A stretch of DNA of 63,509 bases, the filler included, from Asterionella formosa (Eukaryota), in the NCBI GenBank assembly GCA_002256025.1. It is 20 parts of 20 records of this genome, joined end to end, with 100 filler letters (N's around TTAATTAATTAA, not from the genome) between each part and the next. Parts side by side here need not be neighbours in the genome. Positions count along the whole stretch, not along the records: positions 1 to 3,092 come from NKIB01014497.1; positions 3,193 to 6,276 come from NKIB01014498.1; positions 6,377 to 9,463 come from NKIB01014499.1; positions 9,564 to 12,649 come from NKIB01014500.1; 16 more parts are not named here. The stretch is one strand, 5' to 3'. The notes under the pieces are model-generated. The model ran no database searches. It saw nothing but the letters and a program-made list of their open reading frames with translations, and had not been told where the DNA came from. Below, one piece after another: positions 1 through 11,922 of the stretch. Numbering within the stretch: the stretch's first letter is position 1; every line of letters begins with the position of its first letter. A program made the translations under genes and the position numbers.

Positions 1-467
1 GGTTTTTTAACTATGCTGAAAATAGTGGATTTTACCGGGCTAACTCGTTTATTTGGCCTAGTAAAAAAACCGCAGTTCCTTTCTGCAGTTTCTCGCCGAA
101 AGTTAACTTCTGGGGCTATATGAAGATTACCTATGTACTTAACTCTTCTTCAAACCCTGCCAACGTTGAGCTATCGTCGTCCAAAAATTCGACAATATCG
201 GCCTTTTCAACGGTCACCCAAACGTCGGAATCAGAATCACTAATCGCCGAAACGTCATCATCGGAATGGTACCGGTAGTCTTGTGCTAAAATTTGTAGTC
301 GTAAAATCTCGTGTACAAAAAGTTCCAATGTAATTGCCCGCTGTAATAATCATATTCTGATTGGTTATGCTTACATCCGTTCGATTGGCACGGTTTGCGA
401 GGTCGTGCAATCCCACGCCGGCCACACTGGATACACATGAAGCATTTTCTTGGGTGTTGGCCGATCC

Positions 468-577
468 TACCCGTATACCGGTATCCGTACGGAGTGGGAA
501 TATCGAGTACCGGGTAGGTTTACCCGTATACCGGAATCCGTACGGAGTAGGAATACCGAGTACCGGGTAGACCTACC
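468..577. repeat. 53-bp tandem duplication
   Basis: TACCCGTATACCGG(T/A)ATCCGTACGGAGT(G/A)GGAATA(T/C)CGAGTACCGGGTAG starts at 468 and again at 521. Confidence 0.85.
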
Positions 578-930
578 GGTTCGAGGTAACTGATCATCAT
601 TCGTCATAGTAAATGGTAGTGCACGCTAACCAGTACCTTAGTACCGATAGTTTGCACATTCAAATATATTTTGAAGCCGACGGGTCGTGCATGTGAAACA
701 TATTTATGATACGAGTAGGTATACTATCGGTAGAGTAGCAATATAAAACATTCAGCGATGAAGAATTTATCTTTACATATTTTATGCATTTGAAATGGAA
801 TCTATATACGTACGCGCAAATTTCCACTCATTTGAGTTTTTCAAACGGAATCATTGATATTCAGATTAGCACATAAAAGTTCTTAGTTCCAGGGAATTTC
901 GGCAACCCTAAGCAATTTTTTAATTTTTGC

Positions 931-958
931 CTAGGGGTTCAAATGCAGGAACCTTAAT
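931..958 (-). mobile_element. Putative DNA-transposon TIR with TTAA target (Kolobok-like)
   Basis: Exact reverse complement of 59481-59508. Reads TTAA|GGTTCCTGCATTTGAACCCCTAG on the minus strand. Confidence 0.45.
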
Positions 959-1050
959 CAATGAATTTAGATTCATTTATCCTATAACTTTGATCATAAC
1001 ATATTGATCATATGATGAACGGTGTCGTTGATGAGAAAATGAACGATCAA

Positions 1051-1800
1051 CATTTATTTTCAAGAATTAGGATCAATCTTCAAGAATTAGGATCAATCGA
1101 TCTTAAAAATATGATCAAATGATCCTAAACACATGAGCATATTCAGGTTTCCGCTGCACTATTGTGATATTTACATGATAGAAGTTATTACCAGCGATTA
1201 TACAGGACTACCAGTAGCTAGGCCATATGAATTTTGGTCAATATGTCTTTGTTCATAAATGTATGATTTCGACCATTTGAAAAATTGGTGATGACTCCCG
1301 CCCGTTCATTAAGGGGCTTAATTAAATCAGCCACTGACTTGTAGGTACAAGAATTGACACAACAAAAATTGAAAAAACTCAACAGGTCATGGAAAACTAT
1401 GAACTCATCATGCATTCTATATAATTGAATTATGTATAATCAAAATTGATGAAAGTATACACAGGATGTGCCGTATCATGAGGGTGTTTCAAACTATGCA
1501 AATGTTCAACTCTATATACATTTAAAATTCTTACAAATCTTTATTAATATGTATTCATGGCTGAAACATTTGAAATCATGTTTTCATGCGGCTCCTTGTC
1601 ATGCATACACTTTGCTCCTGAATTGAAGGATTAACACAGATGATGACGCGGAAAACGAAAGTGATAATAAAGCACAAAGAGCGATACTTGCGGCTTAGAA
1701 GAGAAGGGCGGAATCAATTGATGGTAAGTCAAGAGCAAATGCCTTTCATGTTCCTTGTCATGCTGCATCCACTTCCTGAAATGAAGGATCTCAAGCAACG
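1051..1800 (+). repeat. Dispersed AT-rich repeat, copy 1
   Basis: Closely similar, with indels, to the reverse complement of about 59672-60341 in another contig. Confidence 0.85.
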
Positions 1801-2892
1801 AAAAACTGAAGTGACAATACACCATGCGGCTAAGAAGGAGTGAATATGATGGGCAGAGAAGGGCGGAATCAACAAGCCGTGTATAGTATCACAGCATGTA
1901 AAGAGCATATGCCAGGATGATCAATTGTTGAGATTACAATTAAGGAATGACTCGTCCCCTTTCAGTGATTCAATAGCTCCTTTTCGATTTGGTGACTGGC
2001 CAACCATCAATGGCTGTAGACAAAAGAAATCGGTAAGTGCTGCCTATCAGCCATCTTTGGATCAATCTACAACTGTTAGAAAAACTGACACATATGTGTA
2101 GCTTCTTTCAGGATAATGGTAGACAAACAGTAATTGTAAGTTACAAACAGCAGTGTTGGAGCCCATTTATTGATCGATACTTTGCTTCTCATTCAATCTT
2201 CGACTGTCATATTCTTCTACAGAAATATGCATCAGTTACTTCCTCAATTTGTGGTAAGTGAAGATAGAAGCGAAATGAATTTTATTGTGTAAGCAAAACA
2301 TGAACAGCTAACAATGAATTGCTTCTCTTTGTTAGTATGACTGATTGGAACAACGAAACGGATTCAAAAGTAATAGGAAAATTCGTGAATGCAAACTCAG
2401 AACAACCCTCAGGAATAAATGGAACAAAGCTAGCAGGGGAACAACGGCAAGGCAACCAGTACAACAACCTTCAGAATTGGATTGGGGGGAATGTGGAAGT
2501 GAAAGCTGAAGCACCAATCATTGCGATGAGAGCATTGTAGAAAATTCTGTAGCCACTCAAGATATAGAAACATAAAACCATTCTTAAATATAGTTCTAAA
2601 TTTTGATCAATTTCATCCTATTTTAGACAGTGATATCGATGAGAATTACGATCATGCTAAGATAGATGTATGACAAAAGTATACACATCATACGACCATG
2701 TTTAACTAATTATATGATGCAATGGTATTATAACTATGATAGTATCATCATACATCAAGCTCGGTAAAAGTTTACTGCATGATCATAATTATATGATACA
2801 TTGATCATATTTTTGACCGAAAAATATCGTATATGTAAAAATCTTGTGTCACTTAGCTTACAATACCCTTGATCCTATATTCATGATAGTTT

Positions 2893-3092
2893 CTATTTAC
2901 AGACAGAAGTAGCATAGGTAGAGTCTAAGTGAGCAAGCAAGGCCACAACAGTGATGTCGGCATAACCAAATGTAGCTTCTTCCAGAACTTTGTAGTAAGT
3001 AGGGTCAATGGCTGTTAGAATTTGTTGCCAGAGAATTTCGCGGATTTGTGAGCAACAGTGGAATGCGTCAAGAGAGGTGTGGAAGAGACGGT
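2893..3092 (-). mobile_element. Ty1/Copia (CoDi-like) gag fragment
   Basis: Hand translation ...REILWQQILTAIDPTYYKVLEEATFGYADITVVALLAHLDSTYA resembles diatom Copia gag. It runs off the contig edge. Confidence 0.65.
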
Positions 3093-3192
3093 NNNNNNNN
3101 NNNNNNNNNNNNNNNNNNNNNNNNNNNNNNNNNNNNTTAATTAATTAANNNNNNNNNNNNNNNNNNNNNNNNNNNNNNNNNNNNNNNNNNNN
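3093..3192. other. Artificial contig-joining spacer (first of 19)
   Basis: 44 N + TTAATTAATTAA (stops in all six frames) + 44 N. The same 100-nt spacer starts at 3093, 6277, 9464, 12650, 15836, 19022, 22206, 25389, 28573, 31756, 34939, 38118, 41297, 44474, 47650, 50824, 53998, 57171 and 60342. Confidence 0.99.
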
Positions 3193-3220
3193 GTCCAAGG
3201 GGACTCACAAGGGTCTTGAT

Positions 3221-3500
3221 GAGAAGGGCATGTAATAGGTGTCAAGAGTCCATGCTAGGTGTCATGTTTTAGCCTAGCATTGGTACGTCTATTCTAGAGA
3301 TACATCTGTACCAATAGTTATCATGTAACGTATAGCTGCGGGTACATGATTGCAATATGTACTACGAGCTCCATTCTAGTAACCGTGGCTGTGTGTAACA
3401 TCACATACTTATCATGATCACTATCTTGTACATGTTTATGTACTACGTATAGGTTTTATGGTAGTCGTGTGCGTAATGTAATAAGGTACACCTTTCACTT
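3221..3500 (+). mobile_element. Candidate polypurine tract plus start of a 3' LTR
   Basis: GAGAAGGGCA followed by TGTAATAGG at 3231. The right boundary is uncertain. Confidence 0.3.
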
Positions 3501-3515
3501 ATGGTTGACGTGGTA

Positions 3516-5980
3516 CCAGTAAAGAACTGCTGTGACCCACTGAGTTCTCCTATTCGTTTGATTAGTTCGACTAAACCTTTTCCATGCCTTGCGAGAATCA
3601 AACTTCCAGGTCTTGTTAACCAAAGGAGTCAGCAGGTTGTGGATCTGTCGGTATTCTCATTGAAGGTCGAGATACTGAGATACGAACCCTTTTATGTGGA
3701 CAAAATTTGCCGGTAATGGGTCACAGCAGTACTTAAATTTTTTATTTATAATTGTATATAATTTTATATACCATTATGATCACGGATTACCCCGTTTGGT
3801 TTTCGCAAAATTATTTTTAAGAATTTCGCATCCAGTATTTATATCACAATCACACACAAATGCATTCAGCAACATGGAATGCTTGCGCCTATCAACACCA
3901 CTGCAATATCGCCCTCATCCCTACTAAGCTCCTGCCCTCCCACAAGCACAAAGAGGCCGAATTGGATATGGAGAATCCTTTTATCCACGGCAACAAGTCT
4001 CCAAATATCTTGCCAACAAGTTCTGTCTGGTTATTGGAAGCGGCGCATCGCCGTTGCGCTTGTACCATGTCACCACTTTTTCAGTTCAGCTACCACGTTG
4101 TAGCTTCCAGCTTCCTTTCCAGTCTCTCTGATGGCCTGTACCTTCTGTGACAATTAAAAAAACCGTTGATTCAATTTCTGCTCCTTGTTTTGTTCTTGGA
4201 TTTCATGCCGGCGTTTGATTTCCAGCATATGCTCAAAAAGCGGTGGTCCTAGACAAGTGTTTCCAACAGCAAAGTGCAGTCCTTTGGTCATTCATTTGTG
4301 TGTGTCGATTGTTGCTTGTGCTGTTTGCTTTCTTTCCCTGGCATGTTCTGCTGCATCATTACCATTTCGCACATCTTCTCTGTTTATGTATTCAACAATT
4401 TGATTTGTAAGAGTTCCTGAAAGTCCTTCTTGCAGGTTGAGCTGGTCAGGTGTAATAGAGGTTCTGTTGATGTGTGAGATTCAATTCAATGGGACAACAC
4501 CAAATTTCGTCAGCTGTATTTCAGGATTCAACAAACAATTATAGTTCAAAGGTCCCCAGCCTCGCTCTGCTACCGCTTTTTTGTTTGTGCGTAATCTCGC
4601 AAATCTTTTTTCCCAAGAAGTGAATTTGCAAGTTGCAGTCGCTCCCTCTTGGCATGTGATGGGCGGACGCATTTTACCCAACTGATCAATGAGCTCCACA
4701 ATGTAAGGTTCCACTTTAAGCATAGGTGAGATGCAAGCTGTGTTTGTTCCTTGATTGTTTTTTCTTTTTGCACGTGTTCTAACTGTTTCGAAATTAATAT
4801 TGACAGCAGGAGGAATTCCAAGCGCCTCCTTTTCTCTCAATATTATACACTCAAGTGTATTTCTCTTTACTCGTGATTCTCCTCCTCCTTTTTCTTTTCC
4901 CTCTTCTCTCACCCTCATATATTCTGCTGCCGAATTGGAAATACATTCTTTCACTTTTTCTGCCATGATGGAGCTGGCTACTGCGGTTGTTCCCTTTTGA
5001 CGACCACCATAGGGCAGGGTTGTAGTGGCAGAAATGGTGCTGCTGCTTTCAGTTGATGCAGTAGTAGTGCTGGCAGGAGGCAAACTAGAACTTGTAGACA
5101 TAATCATAGTATTAATGGAAGAATGATAATGAATTTTTCTGCTATAGCTGTAATTTTCTACACCTTCCATTGTCAGCATAGATATTTCGCTTTCTTGTGA
5201 TTCTTCATGCACATCCTCCTCAGCAGGCTGTTTGTCCGTGCTGGTAGCTACTGGTGCCACCAGATAACCTCATTTTCCTTAGAAAGTATTTCACTTTCTG
5301 GTAGTCACCCATGGGACAAGTTCTTGTACATCGTGCACAGCACGAGAAATTGCGCCATATGGTAGTTTTCCATTATTGTTCGCTTTCAACACTTCCATAT
5401 TTGTAGAGATGTTTAATAGGCAATGTTCAATCATCCTGGCTTTGTTTGTGCTGCTAATAGACTGAGCCGACTTGCCCGAAGGCACATTCGATTTCTTTTT
5501 TGCCATAGTTTGGATGCATATTATGAGCTAAAAATTCTATACTGGTGGTATGTTCACATTTCCTTTCAAGTGTATGGGTGAAAGGGCGCTTATTTTATGA
5601 TGCTCAAGTTACTTAGGCACTATCAAGTGACAGGGATAAGGATATGACAGGAATCATACAACAAATAAATCGAAGGCGATATTTTTGTATCAAGCTGCGT
5701 ATATCATATAACAGTGAGTCCTCAAAACATGGGGTAATCCGTGTTCTGGCAATATTTTCGTCGATCGCACTTTTCAACCAATATTTTAGGAGAAACCAAT
5801 TGCTATAAACTTATATCTAATGGCATACCGGTAGCCTTAAAGCGTACATGCTCAGGATTTGGGTCTAAGTTTTAAAATTAACAAATCTGCATTTGGTAGG
5901 GTCAAACCGTGTTTTTCTCCTGTTCAGTGGGTCTCAGCGGTTCCAATTTTTTTTAGTGGGTCACAGCAGTTTTTTACTGG
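3516..5980 (-). mobile_element. Tc1/mariner (pogo-like) DNA transposon, internally deleted
   Basis: About 26-bp TIRs, CCAGTAAAGAACTGCTGTGACCCACT (3516) and AGTGGGTCACAGCAGTTTTTTACTGG (ends 5980). TA on both sides (3514-15, 5981-82). Internal motif copies near 3717 and 5925. Confidence 0.8.
3900..5506 (-). pseudogene. Pogo-like transposase remnant (stops, frameshifts, DDE core missing)
   Basis: ORFs 5291-5506 and 4481-5260. The N-terminal-type SPMLKVEPYIVELIDQLGKMR..LQLANSL abuts the C-terminal-type FARLRTNKKAVAERGWGPLNY. Confidence 0.6.
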
Positions 5981-6376
5981 TACCAGGTACCAGGTATACA
6001 TACACATTGTGCATTGTGTATTGTGTATTGTGTAAATCTCTACCGGTACAGTGAGAGAAAACAAGTACCGGTATATTGTCTGTATAGAGGAGCCTATAAG
6101 GTTAACTGTACCATAGGTCATTATTGAGGCAATTAATCGATGGAGAAAAGAAGAAAAAGCAAGAAGAAAGAAGAGGAAAAAGGGGGGGGGGGTTTAGTGG
6201 GTATGATTCTAGGATTTAATGGACGTCAATGATCCATTTGCTCCTTGAGTTGGTGAAGGAGGTTATGGTGGTGGGGNNNNNNNNNNNNNNNNNNNNNNNN
6301 NNNNNNNNNNNNNNNNNNNNTTAATTAATTAANNNNNNNNNNNNNNNNNNNNNNNNNNNNNNNNNNNNNNNNNNNN

Positions 6377-7852
6377 CGCAAAGCAGTATTTGCCATTTCG
6401 CTGCTTTTGATTTCTTCCGCCGACGCCTTTTCTGCTCTGCCGTTCTGCACACGGCACATCCGGTCGAGCCATCTCGACGCTTCCATTCCAGAAAATGACT
6501 CTACCGTATCGACAGCACTCTGTATAATCCCACCCGACAGATCCTGGGACACCATTCAACGAGCTCGGTACATTGCACGGGACAAGTCCTATCACAAGTG
6601 GCCTCCAGCCATTCGGCTCTTTCATCCATTTTGCAAACAAGACGACATTTCAGATGCAGCACTTCGCATCGCTGAACTAGTGGAAAAGTACGAAATAGAA
6701 CCTTTTAAGATTACGCTCAGCTCGTGGGTGATTGTCCCACACATGGAAGCATTGGAGGCGGAACTTGAGGTCATTCGCGGGCTACCGACTCAAGAGGTCA
6801 TGCAAAATAGAAACGTGTCAGAAACTGACGCGGAGCTCAATGCACTCATAAAAGAGGAAGAAGAGATTGGAAAGCAGCGCAGTAAGCGGCGTACCAAGGC
6901 GAGATCCAAGGCACGAATCATTGACGCAAGCGACGAGGAGAAGCTGTCACCCAAGGTAACGCTCGAAAATCAACGGCGCATGTACCAAGAATTCAATGGA
7001 CCCTGCGTCGTGTGTTTAGAGCCCGACGGAAAATCGCAAGCAATATTGGCTGAATTACGAGCCGTCTTGGCAGACGAACTCTTTCCCGACTGTGCTGAGT
7101 TCTCCCCCTCATCGTCAGTGGCAACTCAGCGGTTGAACCGATCCTCCTGCACCGGCTTTCGTTCTCTAGTTCCGATTGGTGCATTCTCAACCGTATCGCA
7201 AGCAGTAGACATGGCTCGTCGACTAAAGGCTGTATGGGACCCGTTGACATTTCTTGTGCGCGATCTTCATCTGATATCGACAGGATTAGAGAATGCACAA
7301 GAAGAAATCGATGATGACTTTTCCGATAGTCGGGAGTATGCACTGACGCAAGTGACATCAGAAGAACAGGATTTATCAACCAAGATTGGGCAATTTGGAT
7401 GTGATGCACTCGTAAGTTTGCTTGGCGAGGAAATCGAACAAGATGACGAAATCAATCAGGAAATGGTCAATTTCTTGGTTGAGACGGGAGAACCAGGAGG
7501 GGCAGATCCGATGGCGGAGGGTGCAAAATGTAGCACATATCATTTGGAATCCTCAGGTGATCATGAAGACGATGAGAGAACACGAGAGTTGTTTTCATGG
7601 TTGGATGATGATGATGGCTACGATGAAGGGCAAGTGGTTGTGATAGGGAGGACTTCGTTTTTCTCAGGAGAGGCAAGGTCATATGTCGGTATGCCAGCAT
7701 CGAGTGTGATTGATGGAAAGGATCGCGTTTTGGGAAAAAGTATGAATGCTTCCTCTAGAAGACGCGGATCTGGAGCTGCTCGAACCTCAAACTTGGCCAA
7801 GAATGGAGAGTTTGGCTATCAGGAGACTGACTACACCAAAGGTATACTTTGA
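6377..7852 (+). CDS. 2H-phosphoesterase (LigT/LENG9-like) fold protein, probably plastid-targeted, 5'-partial
   Basis: Frame open from the contig edge, RKAVFAISLLLISSADA-FSALP (signal peptide + AF motif). Contains TALCIIPP..WDTIQRAR..RDKSYHKWPPAIRLFHPF. Confidence 0.7.
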   Translation, partial: RKAVFAISLLLISSADAFSALPFCTRHIRSSHLDASIPENDSTVSTALCIIPPDRSWDTIQRARYIARDKSYHKWPPAIRLFHPFCKQDDISDAALRIAELVEKYEIEPFKITLSSWVIVPHMEALEAELEVIRGLPTQEVMQNRNVSETDAELNALIKEEEEIGKQRSKRRTKARSKARIIDASDEEKLSPKVTLENQRRMYQEFNGPCVVCLEPDGKSQAILAELRAVLADELFPDCAEFSPSSSVATQRLNRSSCTGFRSLVPIGAFSTVSQAVDMARRLKAVWDPLTFLVRDLHLISTGLENAQEEIDDDFSDSREYALTQVTSEEQDLSTKIGQFGCDALVSLLGEEIEQDDEINQEMVNFLVETGEPGGADPMAEGAKCSTYHLESSGDHEDDERTRELFSWLDDDDGYDEGQVVVIGRTSFFSGEARSYVGMPASSVIDGKDRVLGKSMNASSRRRGSGAARTSNLAKNGEFGYQETDYTKGIL

Positions 7853-8434
7853 CCGCATGATTTTGAACGACATCCTATCGTCATTGCACTTATAGTGTTG
7901 CCTCCAAAGCGATTTCTACTACAGAAAGAGTCATGGGGAAACCAATGTATTCGCTTGATGTACTCCAACATATGCAACCGTTGCCGTTCCATGAACTATC
8001 TCATGATCAAACAGCAATGCAAGGAGAAATGTCTTTTTTTCCAAACGATCTCAACTTCGGTGCATTTGTTGTTATGTATCCTACTGGAATTTTCAAGAGT
8101 CTGTCTGAAGGGCAATCTTCTTCCTTTTTGTTCCTCCTCGACTGGATCGACAGTTCCAGTTTTTTCACACAAGCCCGCCGTTGGCGAAAAACAAAGGCCA
8201 AATCAAAGGTGCAATCCGGGACCGAAAAGACTTCCAACGATGCAATACCGCGGAGTCGGCATGTGGTGCCATGATAAAATAACCTCATATCGATGTTCTA
8301 TGGTTGCTGCTCAATGTTGCCTACTTCACCATGTTGTTGCTAGTATTGCAGTTGCACTCGAATAAATCTTGGTTTCATGAATCTAGTTTCAATAAATATT
8401 TTAAAATACACTATGTACACTGTTCAATGCGTGT

Positions 8435-8890
8435 TTATTCGTCCACAGAAAACAAAAATTGCCGTTCCAAGAATGCATCCTCTTCTTCTGAACAGTAGGA
8501 ACCAACCGTGTATTCGTCTAGCAAGAAGTCCTTTACAGCGTCGTTGAGAATACTGCAATGAATAGCTGTTGGTGATCCTACATTCAGAGGAGAAAGATTA
8601 AAGGCTGTTTCTTCGAGTGTTGGTAGATAGATGCGTGAATGCGTTCTGTGGTGTTGTTTAGGTATAGGAGACAGGGCAAAGTCTGGGTTAATGGACCAGT
8701 CCTCATCCGAGGTTGCCACAATTGGCGGAATGAGCACAAGCGCGGGTATCTCGGGTGGGAGAATCAAAGCCGCCTCAATGGATTGCACTTCGTTCTTCAA
8801 TGCTTTCCTTCTGTCTGCAAGGTACTTGTGTTCCTTTTCATCGTAATCCTCATGTGACGGGGCAAACCTCGTTTTAATTGATGCGATCAT
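8435..8890 (-). CDS. Hypothetical protein
   Basis: 151-aa ATG-initiated ORF with protein-like composition. No recognised motif. Confidence 0.4.
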   Translation of the reverse strand: MIASIKTRFAPSHEDYDEKEHKYLADRRKALKNEVQSIEAALILPPEIPALVLIPPIVATSDEDWSINPDFALSPIPKQHHRTHSRIYLPTLEETAFNLSPLNVGSPTAIHCSILNDAVKDFLLDEYTVGSYCSEEEDAFLERQFLFSVDE

Positions 8891-9563
8891 GAGCTGTTGT
8901 TAATGGGCAATGAAGTAAGAATTGGGTGTTGGGTATTGGTAATTTTGAGTTGTCAATCAATTTTCTTTGTTGATTGCCAAATTGATTGATTTGTTCATTT
9001 GCATTTTTGTGTCTAGTTCACATCACCAATAAAAGCAACATAATTTGTTCAAGATTTGGTGATGAGCGTTAAATCGCTTGTGATTGCTTCCGGTGATATT
9101 TTAGGACTGACAGGAGGAGTGCTGGAACACGATCGAATCCATGTAGAGAATGGATTTTGGGGTTCTGGTTGAGACCTACTGTATGCAGTAACCAAAACAA
9201 ACGACAAATCAGACTTGACACAACAGGTTATTTTTTAACTTCTAAGCATGTTGCTACTTCGTGATTGAGGTGCGCCCTTTATCATTGAGTTCTCCATTTG
9301 GTAAGCTTACGTAGAATTCAATGATTTCTGAATTGTTATACGAGAGTAAAGTGTGACACCTGATAGCTGATATGACGTATACATAAGAGATAGCAATGGG
9401 AACGTAAGCGTGCAATCCGTGTTCCCCTCCTCGTCATCGGCCGTTGAAGAATGTAGATGCAGGNNNNNNNNNNNNNNNNNNNNNNNNNNNNNNNNNNNNN
9501 NNNNNNNTTAATTAATTAANNNNNNNNNNNNNNNNNNNNNNNNNNNNNNNNNNNNNNNNNNNN

Positions 9564-10906
9564 TCCCTTAACGGACGGATCATGTGTTCCACTGGCATCT
9601 CCCTTCTCTGGCCCCCCAATTATTGATGGTTCATCTTCATTCAAACTGTAGGGAAGCTTAGATCGCACCTTAACATCCTCCTCACGGTCTGAGCATTCAT
9701 CATCGGTGACAGTGTTAACATTAAAACATTTTAGATCTATTGTGTTCCTTCGTTGATCCTATAATGGCCTCGTAGATCTGATATCTGGTGCACCCTGGTG
9801 CAGTCTGTACAGTTGCCACATTTGTGCTTGGATCCAGCCAGATAGATCGCACATATTTATCATTACCCCAGTGGAGAGTTACCCTGTCCTCGTAGGTGGC
9901 GCACCATGCTCCCTTAAGGCCTTGCTTAAGGCACTTATTAGTCTCCTGACTCCAATGTTGAGGAGAAAACATTCTAAAGGGGGCCGCCGGGGCAAAATAA
10001 GTTCCTGGAATACGAAAAATGTGAATACACCCCAGGTTGTCCTCTATGCGCCACTTCACCGTGCCTTTGAGAAGCACTGGGATGGGACCGCCCACACCAT
10101 TTATATTTATTTAGGGCCAGGTCCATCAGCGAATCCACATCAAAATCCACCCGTCCATCGTGATACTGATCCTGCTGACCAATCATGTAATCATGGAACA
10201 CTTTATCCTCCACAGCCTCGTATGCTGTAAACAGATTTGTCAGTAGGTCAGAAGAAGTTTCCCCACGAGACATAAGTGCGTCACGTTGCACACGGACATG
10301 GAGGTTAAACTTCTCAATGTTGCAGTCCACCGATAACATGTTTTCATCCAACACGCTGAGGGTACGGCGAATGGTAGCCACCGTGGATCGTGTATCGACC
10401 GTGCATCTCGTAATGAGAAGTTTCAAGAATGCAGCACCACTTGCCACTATGTGTGTAGGGGCTGTAGGTGACGTAAGACGATAGGCAGATGAGTCTGTAG
10501 AAACCTTGAGCAAGGCCTCCATTGAAAGTGAATCGTAAATGCACGTAAACAACTGCGCACAGTTCTGTGCGTCACACGTCTGGGAATGAACATGTGTGGC
10601 TGCGTGAGCAACCACATTTGCCATGATGACCCTTACATATTCGGTGATTAGGTTTCGCCCAACGTTGTGGTCATCAGGGACCGTGAGGATGGAGGCACAT
10701 CCAAATGCGTCGGCTCGTTGCTGCAAGGCTTGAAGGAAAAGGCGGAGGCCTCCAGTTTCACCATCGAAGGGATGATTGAGTTTTTCGGTTGCAGACTTGT
10801 ACAATTTCATCCCTTCATTTGAGTTGTAATCAACGGGATCAGGATTTGCGAGAGCTGGGGTTAGAGCAAAGACGAAAGCCGCATGGGCGTTGGGAGCTTG
10901 AGCCAT
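9564..10906 (-). mobile_element. Ty1/Copia (CoDi-like) gag and protease-region fragment, deleted
   Basis: FALTPALAN..DYNSNEGMKLYKSATEKL..FDGETGGLRLFL (gag), then in another frame GTVKWRIEDNLG..RMFSPQHWSQ. Confidence 0.75.
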
Positions 10907-11922
10907 GTTAGGTTCTAGACCACGAAGTCGAGAGGATCGACGAAGAATGATAGACGATAGTCTACAATACGACGGTTGTCGTGTTGCGCAGGGGAAGCGT
11001 GAGGGAAACCAGCAAATATTCAAACGAATAAATGCAGTTTGACAATAACCAAAGTAAGACGCAAATCAATAACAGATTAGTCTAGTTTCAATTATATGTC
11101 TCATAATCATTGGGCATTGTCTGCAAAAGCGCGCTAGCCTGTCTAACATGCACCAAACAGCAGCAAGACGAGAAGACCCTCATCATTCAGATATATCTGA
11201 CTGTGGAATGAACACATCGCCCAAAAACCCTTATTATGCCAATAGAAGAATCGCTACACCGCAGCATGACTCGCCATCAACCAACTGCCAAAAGAGACCC
11301 AACCACATCCGCTCGGACCCAATCCGGCAGCAAGTTACAAATCGAATCGTCAATACAAAAATGAAGGGGGGACCCGGAAACCCATCAGATACTTTAATAC
11401 CACAGCCTCACCATCACACGTACGTCAAACATTTGAATACCCAATGGCACTGCACCCCTGGCACCAGGGAGCAAGGGCACATGAGAAATGCAGCATAATT
11501 CTCACAGTAGGCACACCACATGAGGCCATATGGCCAGGTATTTTAGAACTACCCTTGATTGCAAATGAGACCATTGAACTTCCTACCATACATTATACCT
11601 GCAAAACTGTGGGATCGCTTTCTAGGAATATCACCAGTCAGTCTCACGTTATTCTCCAATATAATGAAGTGGGATCCCACTAAACGATGGACTGCTCAAC
11701 AGGCAAGCTAGTGGATTTATTTTGATGAATTGCCCACGCCAACACCAGACAATGCCATGCCAAGATTCCAGGACAGAAAATAGACAAACAATTTGCTAAT
11801 ATTTAAAATGAAATATAAATGACTCGAATCAACACCAGCAGATACTTGGTATTTAACTACTGGCAGCTTTAAGAAAGAAAATTATTATTATGCATGTTCA
11901 CAAATCATCAGAGCAAAAATGA

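Noticed and set aside
934..953. tRNA T-arm (GGTTCAAAT) or Helitron 3' end (hairpin + CTAG)
   Set aside because: No cloverleaf is present, and CTAG is not followed by T in either copy. A TTAA-flanked TIR fits better.
7895..8365. Overlapping short ORFs downstream of the 2H gene
   Set aside because: No recognisable motif, and I cannot choose a frame.
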